DNA of 64,000 bases, taken from IMG/VR virus record IMGVR_UViG_3300045988_125866; one strand, written 5' to 3'. The notes under the pieces are model-generated. The model was not told the origin of the DNA and made no database searches. It saw only the letters and a list, made by a program, of their open reading frames with translations. The DNA is from a virus. Positions 26,263 to 35,103 of this stretch are shown here, one piece after another (within the stretch, counting starts at the first letter, position 1; each line of letters begins with the position of its first letter). The position numbers and the translations under genes were made by a program.

Positions 26263-26526
26263 ATGAAAGCTAATAAGGTAACTGCCGAAGATATTAAAAA
26301 CATCGGAATAGGCGGAAAAATCGAAGTCGAGTTGCCAAACTATCTCGCTTGTGTTGCTGCGAAGGGTGCTGTTACTTATGTAAAGAGAGCATACCCAAGA
26401 ACGGACGGAAACGTGTATTACACATTCCTCAAAGGCAACACTATTACAATCGGTCTTACAGACCCTCACACAAGAGACGTGATTCTCGGTGAGAATGTAA
26501 AGTACCGAAAGCGGGTTAAGGCATAA
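26263..26526 (+). CDS. hypothetical protein (87 aa), first gene of the rightward operon
   Basis: ORF track. Downstream of the switch promoter. Confidence 0.6.
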   Translation: MKANKVTAEDIKNIGIGGKIEVELPNYLACVAAKGAVTYVKRAYPRTDGNVYYTFLKGNTITIGLTDPHTRDVILGENVKYRKRVKA

Positions 26527-26550
26527 TATTAAATGTGTAGAAGATAAAAA

Positions 26551-27357
26551 ATGAACGAACTAACCAGGAAAGAAACAATGACCTCGTTAGAAATAGCTGA
26601 GGCGACAGGAATGCGTCATGCTGACGTAATGAGAAGCATTCGAAACATGGAGGAAGCATGGGTGAAAGTATCAGAACGCAATTTTGCGTTGTCATCATAC
26701 AAGCAACCTCAGCCGAATGGAGGGTACAAAGATGTTCCTTGTTATATTCTCAGTAAAACCGAATGCCTGTACGTTGCCACAAAGTTCAATGACGAGGCAC
26801 GAGCAAAGCTTGTGTTGAGGTGGGAAGAGCTTGAATCGAAAGAGGTGAGCAAGTACCAGGTTCCGCAATCTTTCTCTGAGGCACTCATGTTGGCGGCTAA
26901 ACAACAGGAGCAAATAGAGAGACAACAGAAACAGCTCGAAGCGAGTTCAAAGGAAATCGTTGAACTTAACGGTGCGATAGCAGAGATGCAGCCAAAGGTG
27001 ACATACGTTGATATCATCCTCTCAAGCAAGGAAACAGTCACAACGACACAGATTGCGCAGGATTATGGTCAGTCTGCAAAGTCATTCAATATCCTGCTTA
27101 GGAATTTTGGGCTACAGCGTAAGGTTGGAGGACAGTGGATATTGTACGCAAAATATCTCCCTTACGGATATGTTCAGTCGGACACTATATCAATAATGCA
27201 CAAGAATGGTTCTGCCGGTTCGGTTATGCACACAAAATGGACACAGAAGGGCCGCTTATTCCTTTACGAGGAATTAAAGAAACACAAAATATTCCCTCTT
27301 GTCGAGGGTGGAAAGGAGGCTCAAAATGACACCAAAAAAGAAGACCGTAATCAATAA
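26551..27357 (+). CDS. Rha-family regulator with KilAC-type C-terminal domain (268 aa)
   Basis: N-terminus TSLEIAEATGMRHADVMRSIRNM (Rha-like). C-terminus TTTQIAQDYGQSAKSFNILLRNFGLQRKVGGQWILYAKY (KilAC-like). Confidence 0.65.
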   Translation: MNELTRKETMTSLEIAEATGMRHADVMRSIRNMEEAWVKVSERNFALSSYKQPQPNGGYKDVPCYILSKTECLYVATKFNDEARAKLVLRWEELESKEVSKYQVPQSFSEALMLAAKQQEQIERQQKQLEASSKEIVELNGAIAEMQPKVTYVDIILSSKETVTTTQIAQDYGQSAKSFNILLRNFGLQRKVGGQWILYAKYLPYGYVQSDTISIMHKNGSAGSVMHTKWTQKGRLFLYEELKKHKIFPLVEGGKEAQNDTKKEDRNQ

Positions 27358-27532
27358 GGTGGATAAAATATGGCTGTCTGCACAGGAAGCGGCCACCTAT
27401 ATTGGAATGGGCAAGACATACATATCCGATCTACGGAAGAAAGGTATTCTTCCTCATTGTATGATAGGCAATACAGCGTTTTTCTTGAAAACAGACATAG
27501 ATAAGATGCTGGAGACGCATAGGGTGTTCTAA
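27326..27532 (+). CDS. excisionase-family HTH DNA-binding protein (68 aa)
   Basis: In frame with track ORF 27299-27532. Start at the ATG after ggaaaggagg. WLSAQEAATYIGMGKTYISDLRKKGILPHCMIGNTAFFLKTDIDKMLE is a typical MerR/excisionase-type HTH. Confidence 0.65.
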   Translation: MTPKKKTVINKVDKIWLSAQEAATYIGMGKTYISDLRKKGILPHCMIGNTAFFLKTDIDKMLETHRVF

Positions 27533-27681
27533 AAAGTATGAAAAAAAGCAACAAATAATTATTATGTTTATAGGTGTTTGAAGTTAATGTTAGAATGTTG
27601 CCCGTGAGGGTAGGTTTAAAATCTTTTATTGTCGGCAGCGGCCGAAACGGGACTGGTAAGTTGCATTGCCAGTCCCCACAT

Positions 27682-27754
27682 GGACACATAGCTCAGTGGA
27701 TAGAGCATTTCCCTCCTAAGGAAAGGGTCGCAGGTTCGATCCCTGCTGTGTCCG
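27682..27754 (+). tRNA. tRNA-Arg(CCT): tRNA-Arg, anticodon CCT (reads AGG)
   Basis: Folded by hand. Acceptor ggacaca/tgtgtcc. D arm gctc-agtggata-gagc. Anticodon arm tttcc-ctCCTaa-ggaaa. Variable loop gggtc. T arm gcagg-ttcgatc-cctgc. Discriminator g. No encoded CCA. Confidence 0.9.
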
Positions 27755-28252
27755 CAATGTTTGCTTCGTTGATTTTTAGGTGCAAAGCTAACGTCCTTTA
27801 AGCTTATAAAGTAGGTAGCTCGGGCAACTACAATCTTACATCTTTTTAAAAACAATAGCAAACAATAGCTCTTTGGCTTAATGGTTGACAACATAGTATG
27901 CGTGGAAAAGAAGTAGCCGGATAGCGCAATGAGCGCCGTGACCTGGTGAAAGGACGCACGACATACGAAAATCCAGCTAATTTCTGCATTAAGTAGTTTG
28001 GCGAACCGCATCGGAAAGAAGAATTGTCGATGTAGGCACATACGAAAATAATGCAGTCTGGTGATTATATTATAATGAGTTCACATCACTCATAGTTTAT
28101 ATATTCAAAGAGGCACGTGGTGTACGAATGTCACGGTTAGACAACCCAATGATACCTTATCTTATCGTCTGACAGGAATTGGTGTAACTCCAATCGTGTC
28201 CTCCACTCTTTTGTTTGTTTTAGAATTTTTAATAAGTTATTATTTATTTTTT
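27755..28252 (+). other. about 500-nt ORF-free inter-tRNA region, probably transcribed (ends at a strong terminator)
   Basis: No credible ORF; track ORF 27616-28041(-) overlaps the tRNA. Direct repeat ACATACGAAAAT at about 27962 and 28040. Several hairpins (gcgc-aatga-gcgc, atgagt/actcat). Confidence 0.3.
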
Positions 28253-28288
28253 ACACCACTTATCTGTGAAGAAAGGTGGTGTTTTTTT
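28253..28288 (+). terminator. intrinsic terminator
   Basis: acaccac...gtggtgt stem followed by ttttttt (28282-28288), 3 nt before the second tRNA. Confidence 0.7.
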
Positions 28289-28290
28289 AC

Positions 28291-28364
28291 AGCGGAATAG
28301 TAGCAGTTGGTAGCTCGTCAGGCTCATATCCTGAAGGTCGGTGGTTCGAGTCCACCTTCCGCAA
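28291..28364 (+). tRNA. tRNA-Met(CAT): tRNA-Met-like, anticodon CAT, atypical (1:72 A-A mismatch, irregular D arm)
   Basis: Aligns position by position with the E. coli initiator tRNA as I recall it. Acceptor agcggaa/ttccgca (A1 x A72 mismatch). Anticodon arm tcagg-ctCATat-cctga. Variable loop aggtc. T arm ggtgg-ttcgagt-ccacc. The D stem pairs only as agc/gct. Could also be tRNA-Ile2 (lysidine). Confidence 0.65.
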
Positions 28365-28662
28365 CGAAATTTATTGCACATGTTAATTTTGCTCGTTAAT
28401 GTCTCCAGGCGTGGCGTTTTTTTAAATGAATATTAGTTTTAATGGCTCAGCTCTGTCTGTGAAGATAGAGCTCTGTTTTTAACCTTAAAGCAATTAGGTA
28501 ATGCGCTTACGCCGCATAGGGCGTATAGGGAAGAAGGCTCGATACCTTCTAAGGTTACGAATAGATCATATTTCTATTTTGTAGTTGTTGGTTATTATTT
28601 GAATGGGAACGGAGGTCGTAAAAAACGCACGGCCTCCTTCCTTTTTCCAAAACAAGAAAAAA

Positions 28663-28923
28663 ATGAAAGTAATATACACAATAAGAGTTAAGAAAGAGAA
28701 TATAAACGAACTCTCCAAGCTTGAGGCAGTAGAGAGAATATTCAATGACGAGAAAGGCCGCATGGTAGTTCTTCTCAAACAGGATTTCACTGACGGAAAG
28801 AGAGAGGTCGCCGAGAACGACTATATTGTTCAGTGGAAAAGTGGAAAATACCAGAGGTTCGGAGCTGTTGCGTTCGATAACCTCTTTAAAACACCGAGTG
28901 AGGAGGGCAAACAATGGCGATAA
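28663..28923 (+). CDS. hypothetical protein (86 aa)
   Basis: In frame with track ORF 28603-28923. Start moved downstream of the hairpin plus T-run at 28611-28650. Confidence 0.55.
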   Translation: MKVIYTIRVKKENINELSKLEAVERIFNDEKGRMVVLLKQDFTDGKREVAENDYIVQWKSGKYQRFGAVAFDNLFKTPSEEGKQWR

Positions 28924-29387
28924 AACGGGTGATGAACAGAAAGGTCCAGCACGAAGGGCTTGAGTTCGACAGTGGAGAAGAGCTTCGTTACTACATTCTT
29001 CTCCTCGATGACAAGAATGTCTCCTGCATTCACAGGCAGGTTAGGCTGTGCCTTATCAAGCCTCTGTATGTACTCGTGCCAAAAGCCCTAAAGACAAAAG
29101 TAAAGTGGGTCAAACGAAGCCTCGTAAAAGGGCATTACTATACGGCAGACTTTGTTTTCTTCGAGAACGGCAAGCTCGTCATCTGTGATGTTAAGTCAGA
29201 ATATACGTCTAAGCTTCGCGAGTTCTCCATTACGATGAAGAATTGCATATCGCTTATCGTAAAGCATAATCTCAAGCGACATCACGGTGAAGCTAAGGTG
29301 ATATTCCGAAAGGCGATATACAAAAACAGCAAAACGCTACGTATTGTCGATTATCCTTCGGATGGCGAAAAAGTCATATACGAATAA
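28914..29387 (+). CDS. DUF1064-like PD-(D/E)xK nuclease (possible Holliday-junction resolvase), 157 aa
   Basis: GLEFDSGEELRYYILL ... YTADFVFFENGKLVICDVKSEYT fits the F-S-x-E / aDF...vED-K pattern recalled for DUF1064 proteins. Confidence 0.5.
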   Translation: MAIKRVMNRKVQHEGLEFDSGEELRYYILLLDDKNVSCIHRQVRLCLIKPLYVLVPKALKTKVKWVKRSLVKGHYYTADFVFFENGKLVICDVKSEYTSKLREFSITMKNCISLIVKHNLKRHHGEAKVIFRKAIYKNSKTLRIVDYPSDGEKVIYE

Positions 29388-29418
29388 CGTGATTATTTAA
29401 CCATATACATGACTTTAC

Positions 29419-29604
29419 TTGAATCATTTTTTGACAGTGGCCGCAGTGATGCGCCTGCTGTTTTTTTATTCATTCAAAAAGCCTATGAAAATTATTATAG
29501 CATCATTTCTGCTTACAGTGATCGTGTTTCTGTTCGCAGCTTTTGTGGCAGTTCTTTTTAGAGCCAGCTCTTTTAAAAACGAAGATGATGGAGAAGGAGT
29601 TTAG
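29419..29604 (+). CDS. small membrane protein (61 aa)
   Basis: ORF track. Two hydrophobic segments. Confidence 0.45.
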   Translation: MNHFLTVAAVMRLLFFYSFKKPMKIIIASFLLTVIVFLFAAFVAVLFRASSFKNEDDGEGV

Positions 29605-30484
29605 GTTCAACAAGAACAATGTGTGTCTGAACCATAACGTCATCGAGGTCTGGGAGAACAACAAGAACACAAAGACGAGGGGTGTCATACCAGGGTTCTA
29701 CATAAAGACAGCCGTCTTCAACGGAAAGTGGATATACGGTTACGATATAACCCTGCATAACGGAGGTATTGGAGAGCCATGTATGCAACGGCCATGCAAA
29801 AAAGACTGCGACACCGAGCGTGAAGCTGTATTGGAAGCATGTAAGGAGGTTAGAGAATACCTTCTTGAGCACAAACGGGCCTCAAGTCCAGACTACTCTC
29901 ATCACGAGATAGACAACTATTCTCCGAAACTCATCAAACTTCTTGACGATCTCATGAGGCCCAGAGCTGTTCAGTTAAGCTTTATCTTAAACATTAAAGA
30001 TATATTTATGGAGAAGTTAAAATGTAATTCAGGCAATTTCTATGTTGTCGCTGTAGCTGTCGTTGAAGACAAGGATGGCGAAGTGAAAAAGGTGCGTAAG
30101 ACTATTGTTGTCGAAGCGGTCTCTTTTGGTGACGCAGAGCTCAAGGCGTCCGATTTTATGGGCGATTACAGTGTTGGCGATGTTGAGGTACTCAATATCA
30201 CTCCTGCCGCATTCAGCGAAGTCTACTCTTCCTGTGATAGCGATGACGACAAGTTCTATAAGGGAACCGTCGACTACATCACTGTGAACGAGAATACGGG
30301 CAAACCAAAGAAAACCAAGCAGTCGATGCTCATCCAGGCTAACTGCCTCAACAGGGCCACCCGTTATCTTGACGAGATTATGCGTGGGTCGATGGTAGAC
30401 TACTCTTCTGTTTCTGTTTCCGAAACTCAGATTTTTGACAGTTTCTTTATTCATAAAGTGAAAGCCAATGATCAACAGGGATAG
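29585..30484 (+). CDS. hypothetical protein (299 aa)
   Basis: In frame with track ORF 29543-30484. Start at MMEKEF. Composite: Cys-containing N-terminal half, beta-rich C-terminal half. Confidence 0.6.
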   Translation: MMEKEFRFNKNNVCLNHNVIEVWENNKNTKTRGVIPGFYIKTAVFNGKWIYGYDITLHNGGIGEPCMQRPCKKDCDTEREAVLEACKEVREYLLEHKRASSPDYSHHEIDNYSPKLIKLLDDLMRPRAVQLSFILNIKDIFMEKLKCNSGNFYVVAVAVVEDKDGEVKKVRKTIVVEAVSFGDAELKASDFMGDYSVGDVEVLNITPAAFSEVYSSCDSDDDKFYKGTVDYITVNENTGKPKKTKQSMLIQANCLNRATRYLDEIMRGSMVDYSSVSVSETQIFDSFFIHKVKANDQQG

Positions 30485-30734
30485 TTTGCAGGCAGTATTC
30501 GCTCGCCTCACACCACAGGTAGCAGAGGCCGTAATGCGAAAGAGGACAGAACATAAGTGTCTTATGAATCTTACGAGAAACAACTCTCTTATGGTTCAAC
30601 AACAAGCCATCTTTCTTAACTACATAGCAGGAGAGGGCAGACGAAAGTTTGTCATCCCCACTGTTGAGACCGATGCAGACGGAAGACAGAAAGTCGTCGA
30701 TAAGATTTCGTTCAAATACATTGACCAGAAATGA
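30468..30734 (+). CDS. hypothetical protein (88 aa)
   Basis: ORF track. ATGA stop/start overlap with the next small ORF. Confidence 0.55.
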   Translation: MINRDSLQAVFARLTPQVAEAVMRKRTEHKCLMNLTRNNSLMVQQQAIFLNYIAGEGRRKFVIPTVETDADGRQKVVDKISFKYIDQK

Positions 30735-30844
30735 AACACGCCTGTATGAGCTGCTTCTGGCGAGGTCAGTGCGACGACAAGAAGTCTGGACGCACATGGG
30801 AACACACGTGCGAAAGATGGGAGTTTAGATACGAAAGTGATTAA
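30731..30844 (+). CDS. Cys-rich microprotein (37 aa), not in ORF track
   Basis: MKHACMSCFWRGQCDDKKSGRTWEHTCERWEFRYESD. ATGA overlap with the upstream gene. Confidence 0.4.
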   Translation: MKHACMSCFWRGQCDDKKSGRTWEHTCERWEFRYESD

Positions 30845-30864
30845 TTTTTTAAATTTTAGATAAA

Positions 30865-31710
30865 ATGGAAAACGAAAACAACGGATATGAGGTCATGCAG
30901 GTTAGCCATGACAATAGTATCATTCAGATGGACCCTGTAGAGCGTGCAAATGTTGACTCTCAAGTTGCAACAGCAAAGCAATATCCGAGAGATCTTACAA
31001 GAAGTGTAAACAACTCCATCGTTATGGCAACAATGGACTATGCTACCGCACAGAGCTGTGGTTATGCTCTTCCACGTGGTGGCAAGCCTATTACGGGCCC
31101 AAGCGTCCATCTTGCCAAGCTTCTTGTTTCAAATTGGGGTAACATGCGAGCAGAAGCAAAGGTTGTTCAGATTACCGACAAACAAGTTATCAGTCGCGGT
31201 ACTTGTTGGGATTTGGAGAACAATGTAGCTACAGCATTTGAGGTAAGACGCTCTATCGTCGGGAAGAATGGTAATCGATTCTCTGACGATATGATTACTG
31301 TTACTGGTAATGCTGCAAATGCTATCGCTTATCGTAATGCGGTATTCTCTGTTATTCCGAAGGCGATTGTAGATAAGGTATATCAGGCTGCACAGCGGTG
31401 CATTACAGGCGACCTCTCTGACGAAGAAAAAGTAATTTCGCGCAGAAAGAAGTGTATCGACTTCTTTAAGGATGAGTATGGTATCAACGAGCAGGAGGTT
31501 GTTATGCTCTGTGGCAAGCAGACGGTCAACCAGATTAAGGCAGATCAAATAGCACTGCTTCTTGGTATCACTCAGTCGTTAAAAGATGGCGATACAACGG
31601 TCGACGAACTGATGAAGCCGTACCGTAAGGAAGAAAACAAGAAGACTGTTGCTGCTATGGCCGCTGACGCTGCGAAGGCTGATGCCGCAAAGAAGGAGGA
31701 TAAGAAATGA
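30865..31710 (+). CDS. putative single-strand annealing protein (RecT/Red-beta-like by position), 281 aa
   Basis: Immediately upstream of, and overlapping (ATGA), a YqaJ-type exonuclease, followed by an SSB-like gene. This is the canonical SSAP-exonuclease-SSB module. Lys/Ala-rich tail. The family itself was not verified. Confidence 0.5.
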   Translation: MENENNGYEVMQVSHDNSIIQMDPVERANVDSQVATAKQYPRDLTRSVNNSIVMATMDYATAQSCGYALPRGGKPITGPSVHLAKLLVSNWGNMRAEAKVVQITDKQVISRGTCWDLENNVATAFEVRRSIVGKNGNRFSDDMITVTGNAANAIAYRNAVFSVIPKAIVDKVYQAAQRCITGDLSDEEKVISRRKKCIDFFKDEYGINEQEVVMLCGKQTVNQIKADQIALLLGITQSLKDGDTTVDELMKPYRKEENKKTVAAMAADAAKADAAKKEDKK

Positions 31711-32399
31711 TTACCGACAATGTAGAACAGCGCAGCTTAGAATGGCACAGGATGCGATGTGGCTGCATAACTGGTTCTAAGGTTGCCGACATCATGAAGT
31801 CTGGTCGCAAGAAAGATGAGGTTTTTTCCGACACGGCAAAAGCGTATCTCTTCCAGGTTGCAGGCGAACGTATGTTTAATCCTGCATTCTTGAATGATGA
31901 TGATATTTTTCAAGACTACATCGACCAAGTTTCTGTCAATACTAAGGCTATGCAGTGGGGAGCCGACCAGGAGGATGCAGCTAAGGCTCTCTATATGCAG
32001 ATGAACTTCCCTGAAGGAGAGATGGCGGAGCTGTCGTCTTGTAAGCACGACACAATACCTTACTTCGCAGCTTCTCCCGACGGTGCAATATATTGTCGCG
32101 ATGGCGAAGACCTCAAAATCATCGAGGTCAAGTGCCCAAACATCAACACATATATGAAGTACCGAACTCTCATTCACGACGCAGCTTCGCTCAAAGAAAC
32201 AGAACCGAAGTACTACTGGCAAATGATGGCGGAGATGAGTTGTACTGGCGCTAAAGGCGGAGTTTTCATCGTGTATTGCCCTTGGCTGACGAAGCCTATT
32301 CACTGGGCTGAGATCGAAAGAGTTGAGGATGATATTAATCTTATGGAACAGAGGGTAATCCTCGCAAACGATTTTATTAACAAAATTATAGACAGTTAA
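31707..32399 (+). CDS. YqaJ/lambda-Exo-family recombination exonuclease (230 aa)
   Basis: N-terminal RSLEWHRMRCGCITGSKVADIM (YqaJ signature). PD-(D/E)xK-like SPDG...IIEVKCP. Confidence 0.75.
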   Translation: MITDNVEQRSLEWHRMRCGCITGSKVADIMKSGRKKDEVFSDTAKAYLFQVAGERMFNPAFLNDDDIFQDYIDQVSVNTKAMQWGADQEDAAKALYMQMNFPEGEMAELSSCKHDTIPYFAASPDGAIYCRDGEDLKIIEVKCPNINTYMKYRTLIHDAASLKETEPKYYWQMMAEMSCTGAKGGVFIVYCPWLTKPIHWAEIERVEDDINLMEQRVILANDFINKIIDS

Positions 32400-32849
32400 A
32401 TGGAGCTACAAGGAAAGGTTATTGCCGTTTTACCTGAAAGAAGCGGCATTTCGGCAAGAGGCGAGTGGAAATGTCAGACTTATGTAATAGAAACACAAGA
32501 GCAATACCCTAAGAAGATGGCTTTTGATGTTTTTGGAGCTGATAGAATTGTCAATTTTGGCATTCAGGTTGGCATGGTTGTCGATGTTAGCTTTGACATT
32601 GATGCGCATGAATATCAAGGTAGATATTTTAACCAGATTCGTGCTTGGGATGTTAAGAATGTGGCGCAGCAAAATCCTGCGCAGGGTGTGAATTATAACG
32701 GCAATGCTCATGCAGGCGCCCAGGCAGCCCAGGCAGCACAACAGGCAGCTATGGCCGGAGCGCCAAACCCGATGAATCCAAACAATCCGTTTCCTCCAGC
32801 ACAACAGCCAGGAGCGCCAGCAGGGAAATCCGATGACCTTCCATTCTGA
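32400..32849 (+). CDS. SSB-like OB-fold protein (DUF3127-like) with acidic DDLPF tail (149 aa)
   Basis: MELQGKVIAVLPERSGISARGEWKCQTYVIET... OB-like N-terminus, Q/A/P/N-rich linker, C-terminal SDDLPF resembling the SSB protein-interaction tip. Confidence 0.65.
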   Translation: MELQGKVIAVLPERSGISARGEWKCQTYVIETQEQYPKKMAFDVFGADRIVNFGIQVGMVVDVSFDIDAHEYQGRYFNQIRAWDVKNVAQQNPAQGVNYNGNAHAGAQAAQAAQQAAMAGAPNPMNPNNPFPPAQQPGAPAGKSDDLPF

Positions 32850-32900
32850 TCTGGATGATAAGGTGAAACTTATACAAAAAGCATTTAATGCTGTAATAGT

Positions 32901-33338
32901 ATGATGTACAACACAAGCAACCCTCTTGAGGCACAGAACTTGAGGCTTCGTGTCGACAAGCTGATAGAACGCGGAGAGATGGTGGAACTGATAAGCAAGA
33001 AGCCACGGTCACTCAAGGCCAATGCTTATCTTCATGCCATCCTCTCATACTTCGGCTTGCAGACAGGTAACACGCTCGACGAAGTCAAAAGTTACTACTT
33101 CAAGAGGGTTGTCAATAGTGATCTGTTTGTGAGGCACAAACACGATGATATTCTTGGTGACGACAGAATATATCTTCAGTCTACCACAAAGCTGACACAG
33201 GAAGAACTTTCGCTTGCCATAGACCGTTTCCGAAACTGGTCTGCCGACAAGGCTGGTATCTACATTCCGTCATCAGAAGAATATATCGCACTTCTTCACA
33301 TACAGCACGACATTGACAATGCTAAAAATTATCTCTAA
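32901..33338 (+). CDS. hypothetical protein (145 aa)
   Basis: ORF track. Confidence 0.6.
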   Translation: MMYNTSNPLEAQNLRLRVDKLIERGEMVELISKKPRSLKANAYLHAILSYFGLQTGNTLDEVKSYYFKRVVNSDLFVRHKHDDILGDDRIYLQSTTKLTQEELSLAIDRFRNWSADKAGIYIPSSEEYIALLHIQHDIDNAKNYL

Positions 33339-33753
33339 GCAAATGATATTACCCAAAAAGATAAGAAATAAGTCTGACGAGTTGTTCCCCGACAACCATG
33401 AGGCTCACAAGGCATTTCTGATGGGAGCCGCGATGGCACTTGGATACGACCTGTCCGACTTTCAGAGCGACGAACAGTCCTGCTGTGATGATTATCCCTG
33501 CAAGGAAGCTCTCGAAGCATGGCTTGCATACAAGAAAGAAAAACGTCAGACTTACAAGCCACGTGGGTTAGAAGCTCTTAAAAAGAAACTTCTACAGTTG
33601 TCAAACGGAAATCCTGAATACGCAAAGGTTATCGTTGAGTATTCTATGGGCAACAACTACACTGGGTTGTTCGCTCCTAAAAACAATGGTGTAAACAGCT
33701 ATGAACAACAGCAACGAACTTTCAACAAGATTAATTCAATCCTTGCCGACTGA
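33313..33753 (+). CDS. hypothetical protein (start uncertain: 33313 or 33343)
   Basis: ORF track. The in-frame ATG at 33343 lies 5 nt after the upstream stop. Confidence 0.55.
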   Translation: MTMLKIISKQMILPKKIRNKSDELFPDNHEAHKAFLMGAAMALGYDLSDFQSDEQSCCDDYPCKEALEAWLAYKKEKRQTYKPRGLEALKKKLLQLSNGNPEYAKVIVEYSMGNNYTGLFAPKNNGVNSYEQQQRTFNKINSILAD

Positions 33754-34375
33754 ATATAGTCAAGCGGTATCAAAATATGGTGAACAATATGCGCTATTCT
33801 TGGAGAAATATCCTACTCTGCAAAATCGCACGGACACTATAACTTCCATATACGATTCTGTCGATAGAGGCGGTATGTCCTTTGTTGAAGTTGACAAATA
33901 CTTCAAAGATGGTGCAAGCGAGTTCTGGATTAAGGTAATGCTTATTGATTTGTTTATGGTTGTTGGAGCTATCGACTCAACTACCTCTTACCAGTTCAAG
34001 GCTATGGCGCAGCGCATCAGACAAGAATACTATCACCTTACTCCAAGCGAGCTTACCAGATTCTTCTACGAGTTTTCTATTGGCGAGTATGGTGAAATCT
34101 ATGTCGGCAAGACCGTGAATCCTCAGATACTTTTTATAGCCCTCGACAAGTATATGTGCAAGGTATACGAAAAGAGAGCCGAAATTGACGGACAGAGAAA
34201 CCGCGACAAGCAGAAGATAGAGGATGAGAAGGCTAAGGCGAACGCTATATCCTACGAAGAGTATTGTTTAAGGAAAGGTGTTGATCCGAAACAATCCCCT
34301 CTTTTCGAGCTAAAACAAAAATTTCAAAAAGAATCAAAACGTAATAAAGATGGAAACTCCAGGGAAATGCAGTGA
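33701..34375 (+). CDS. hypothetical protein (224 aa)
   Basis: ORF track. Basic, coiled C-terminus. Confidence 0.6.
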   Translation: MNNSNELSTRLIQSLPTEYSQAVSKYGEQYALFLEKYPTLQNRTDTITSIYDSVDRGGMSFVEVDKYFKDGASEFWIKVMLIDLFMVVGAIDSTTSYQFKAMAQRIRQEYYHLTPSELTRFFYEFSIGEYGEIYVGKTVNPQILFIALDKYMCKVYEKRAEIDGQRNRDKQKIEDEKAKANAISYEEYCLRKGVDPKQSPLFELKQKFQKESKRNKDGNSREMQ

Positions 34376-34503
34376 ATGGACGAGGAGAAGGTGTAAACAT
34401 CAGCCTCGTCTTTACGGCGCAGCAAATGTGTGCGCAGAATGTGTTGAAGAACAGTGCTTTGCCCCGAACGCTTTTTATTACACGAGTAAATTGCGTGATA
34501 ATT

Positions 34504-34641
34504 ATGAATGCGATGACGAAGAAGACACTTAACCAGCTTAAGAAAGAGTGGCTGTCCGCGCACCCGGATGCCACCGTAGAGCAGGCTTTCGATGCAGGAG
34601 CCTTCGCTGAGACATGGCTGTGGTGTAACCAAACCAAGTAA
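34504..34641 (+). CDS. hypothetical small protein (45 aa)
   Basis: In frame with track ORF 34372-34641. Start moved to the ATG after GATAATT (junction-like context). Confidence 0.45.
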   Translation: MNAMTKKTLNQLKKEWLSAHPDATVEQAFDAGAFAETWLWCNQTK

Positions 34642-34652
34642 ATTTTAGAATT

Positions 34653-34928
34653 ATGACACAGAAAGAACGTATTGAGAACGCTACCACAAAGCAGGCGGTA
34701 GTGTTCATCGGAGTTTATTCTTGGGGTATCGTCAGAAACCTGGGAAGAGCAATCAATAAGGCAGTATACCGACTTCCCTGGCTCTTCATAACACTAACGG
34801 TTATCATTTCCTTTATCGTTAGCTTTATCCTTATCTCCAAGGCACGTGCCGAACGTGACAGATACGATAAGGATATGGAGCATATATCTCAACAACTCGA
34901 CAGCTACAAGGCTGTTTACGATAAGTAA
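34653..34928 (+). CDS. membrane protein (91 aa)
   Basis: ORF track. Exact TTAGAATTATG. One or two TM helices. Confidence 0.65.
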   Translation: MTQKERIENATTKQAVVFIGVYSWGIVRNLGRAINKAVYRLPWLFITLTVIISFIVSFILISKARAERDRYDKDMEHISQQLDSYKAVYDK

Positions 34929-34943
34929 TTTAATCACGCAGAA

Positions 34944-35102
34944 ATGAGAAAATACAAACATACAATCATCATATTACTGATCGTTGTTGCAACGGCTATA
35001 CTCTGCCTCAGCTTCCTCTGCTTCATGGTCCATCATTACATTCTCGCCTCAGTGGCGCTGGTGTGTATTTTTGGGGTGTTCTTTGTCGAAAGGGAGGTCT
35101 GA
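34944..35102 (+). CDS. small membrane protein (52 aa), not in ORF track
   Basis: MRKYKHTIIILLIVVATAILCLSFLCFMVHHYILASVALVCIFGVFFVEREV. The stop lies 1 nt before the next ATG. Confidence 0.5.
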   Translation: MRKYKHTIIILLIVVATAILCLSFLCFMVHHYILASVALVCIFGVFFVEREV

Positions 35103-35103
35103 T

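Noticed and set aside
27616-28041. Minus-strand ORF of 141 aa
   Set aside because: It overlaps the tRNA-Arg gene antisense and has an implausible composition.
28110-28205. Third tRNA or tRNA-like element (T-arm-like attgg-tgtaact-ccaat, 3' gtgtcctcca)
   Set aside because: There is no canonical T loop and no D arm, and the acceptor pairing needs an indel. It may be a degenerate remnant, but it is not supportable as a gene.
27682-28364. tRNA genes as a prophage/host junction
   Set aside because: Phage-type genes with the same junction motif (for example 34653) and the same promoter style continue on both sides. I saw no duplicated tRNA 3' segment. The tRNAs are treated as phage-encoded.
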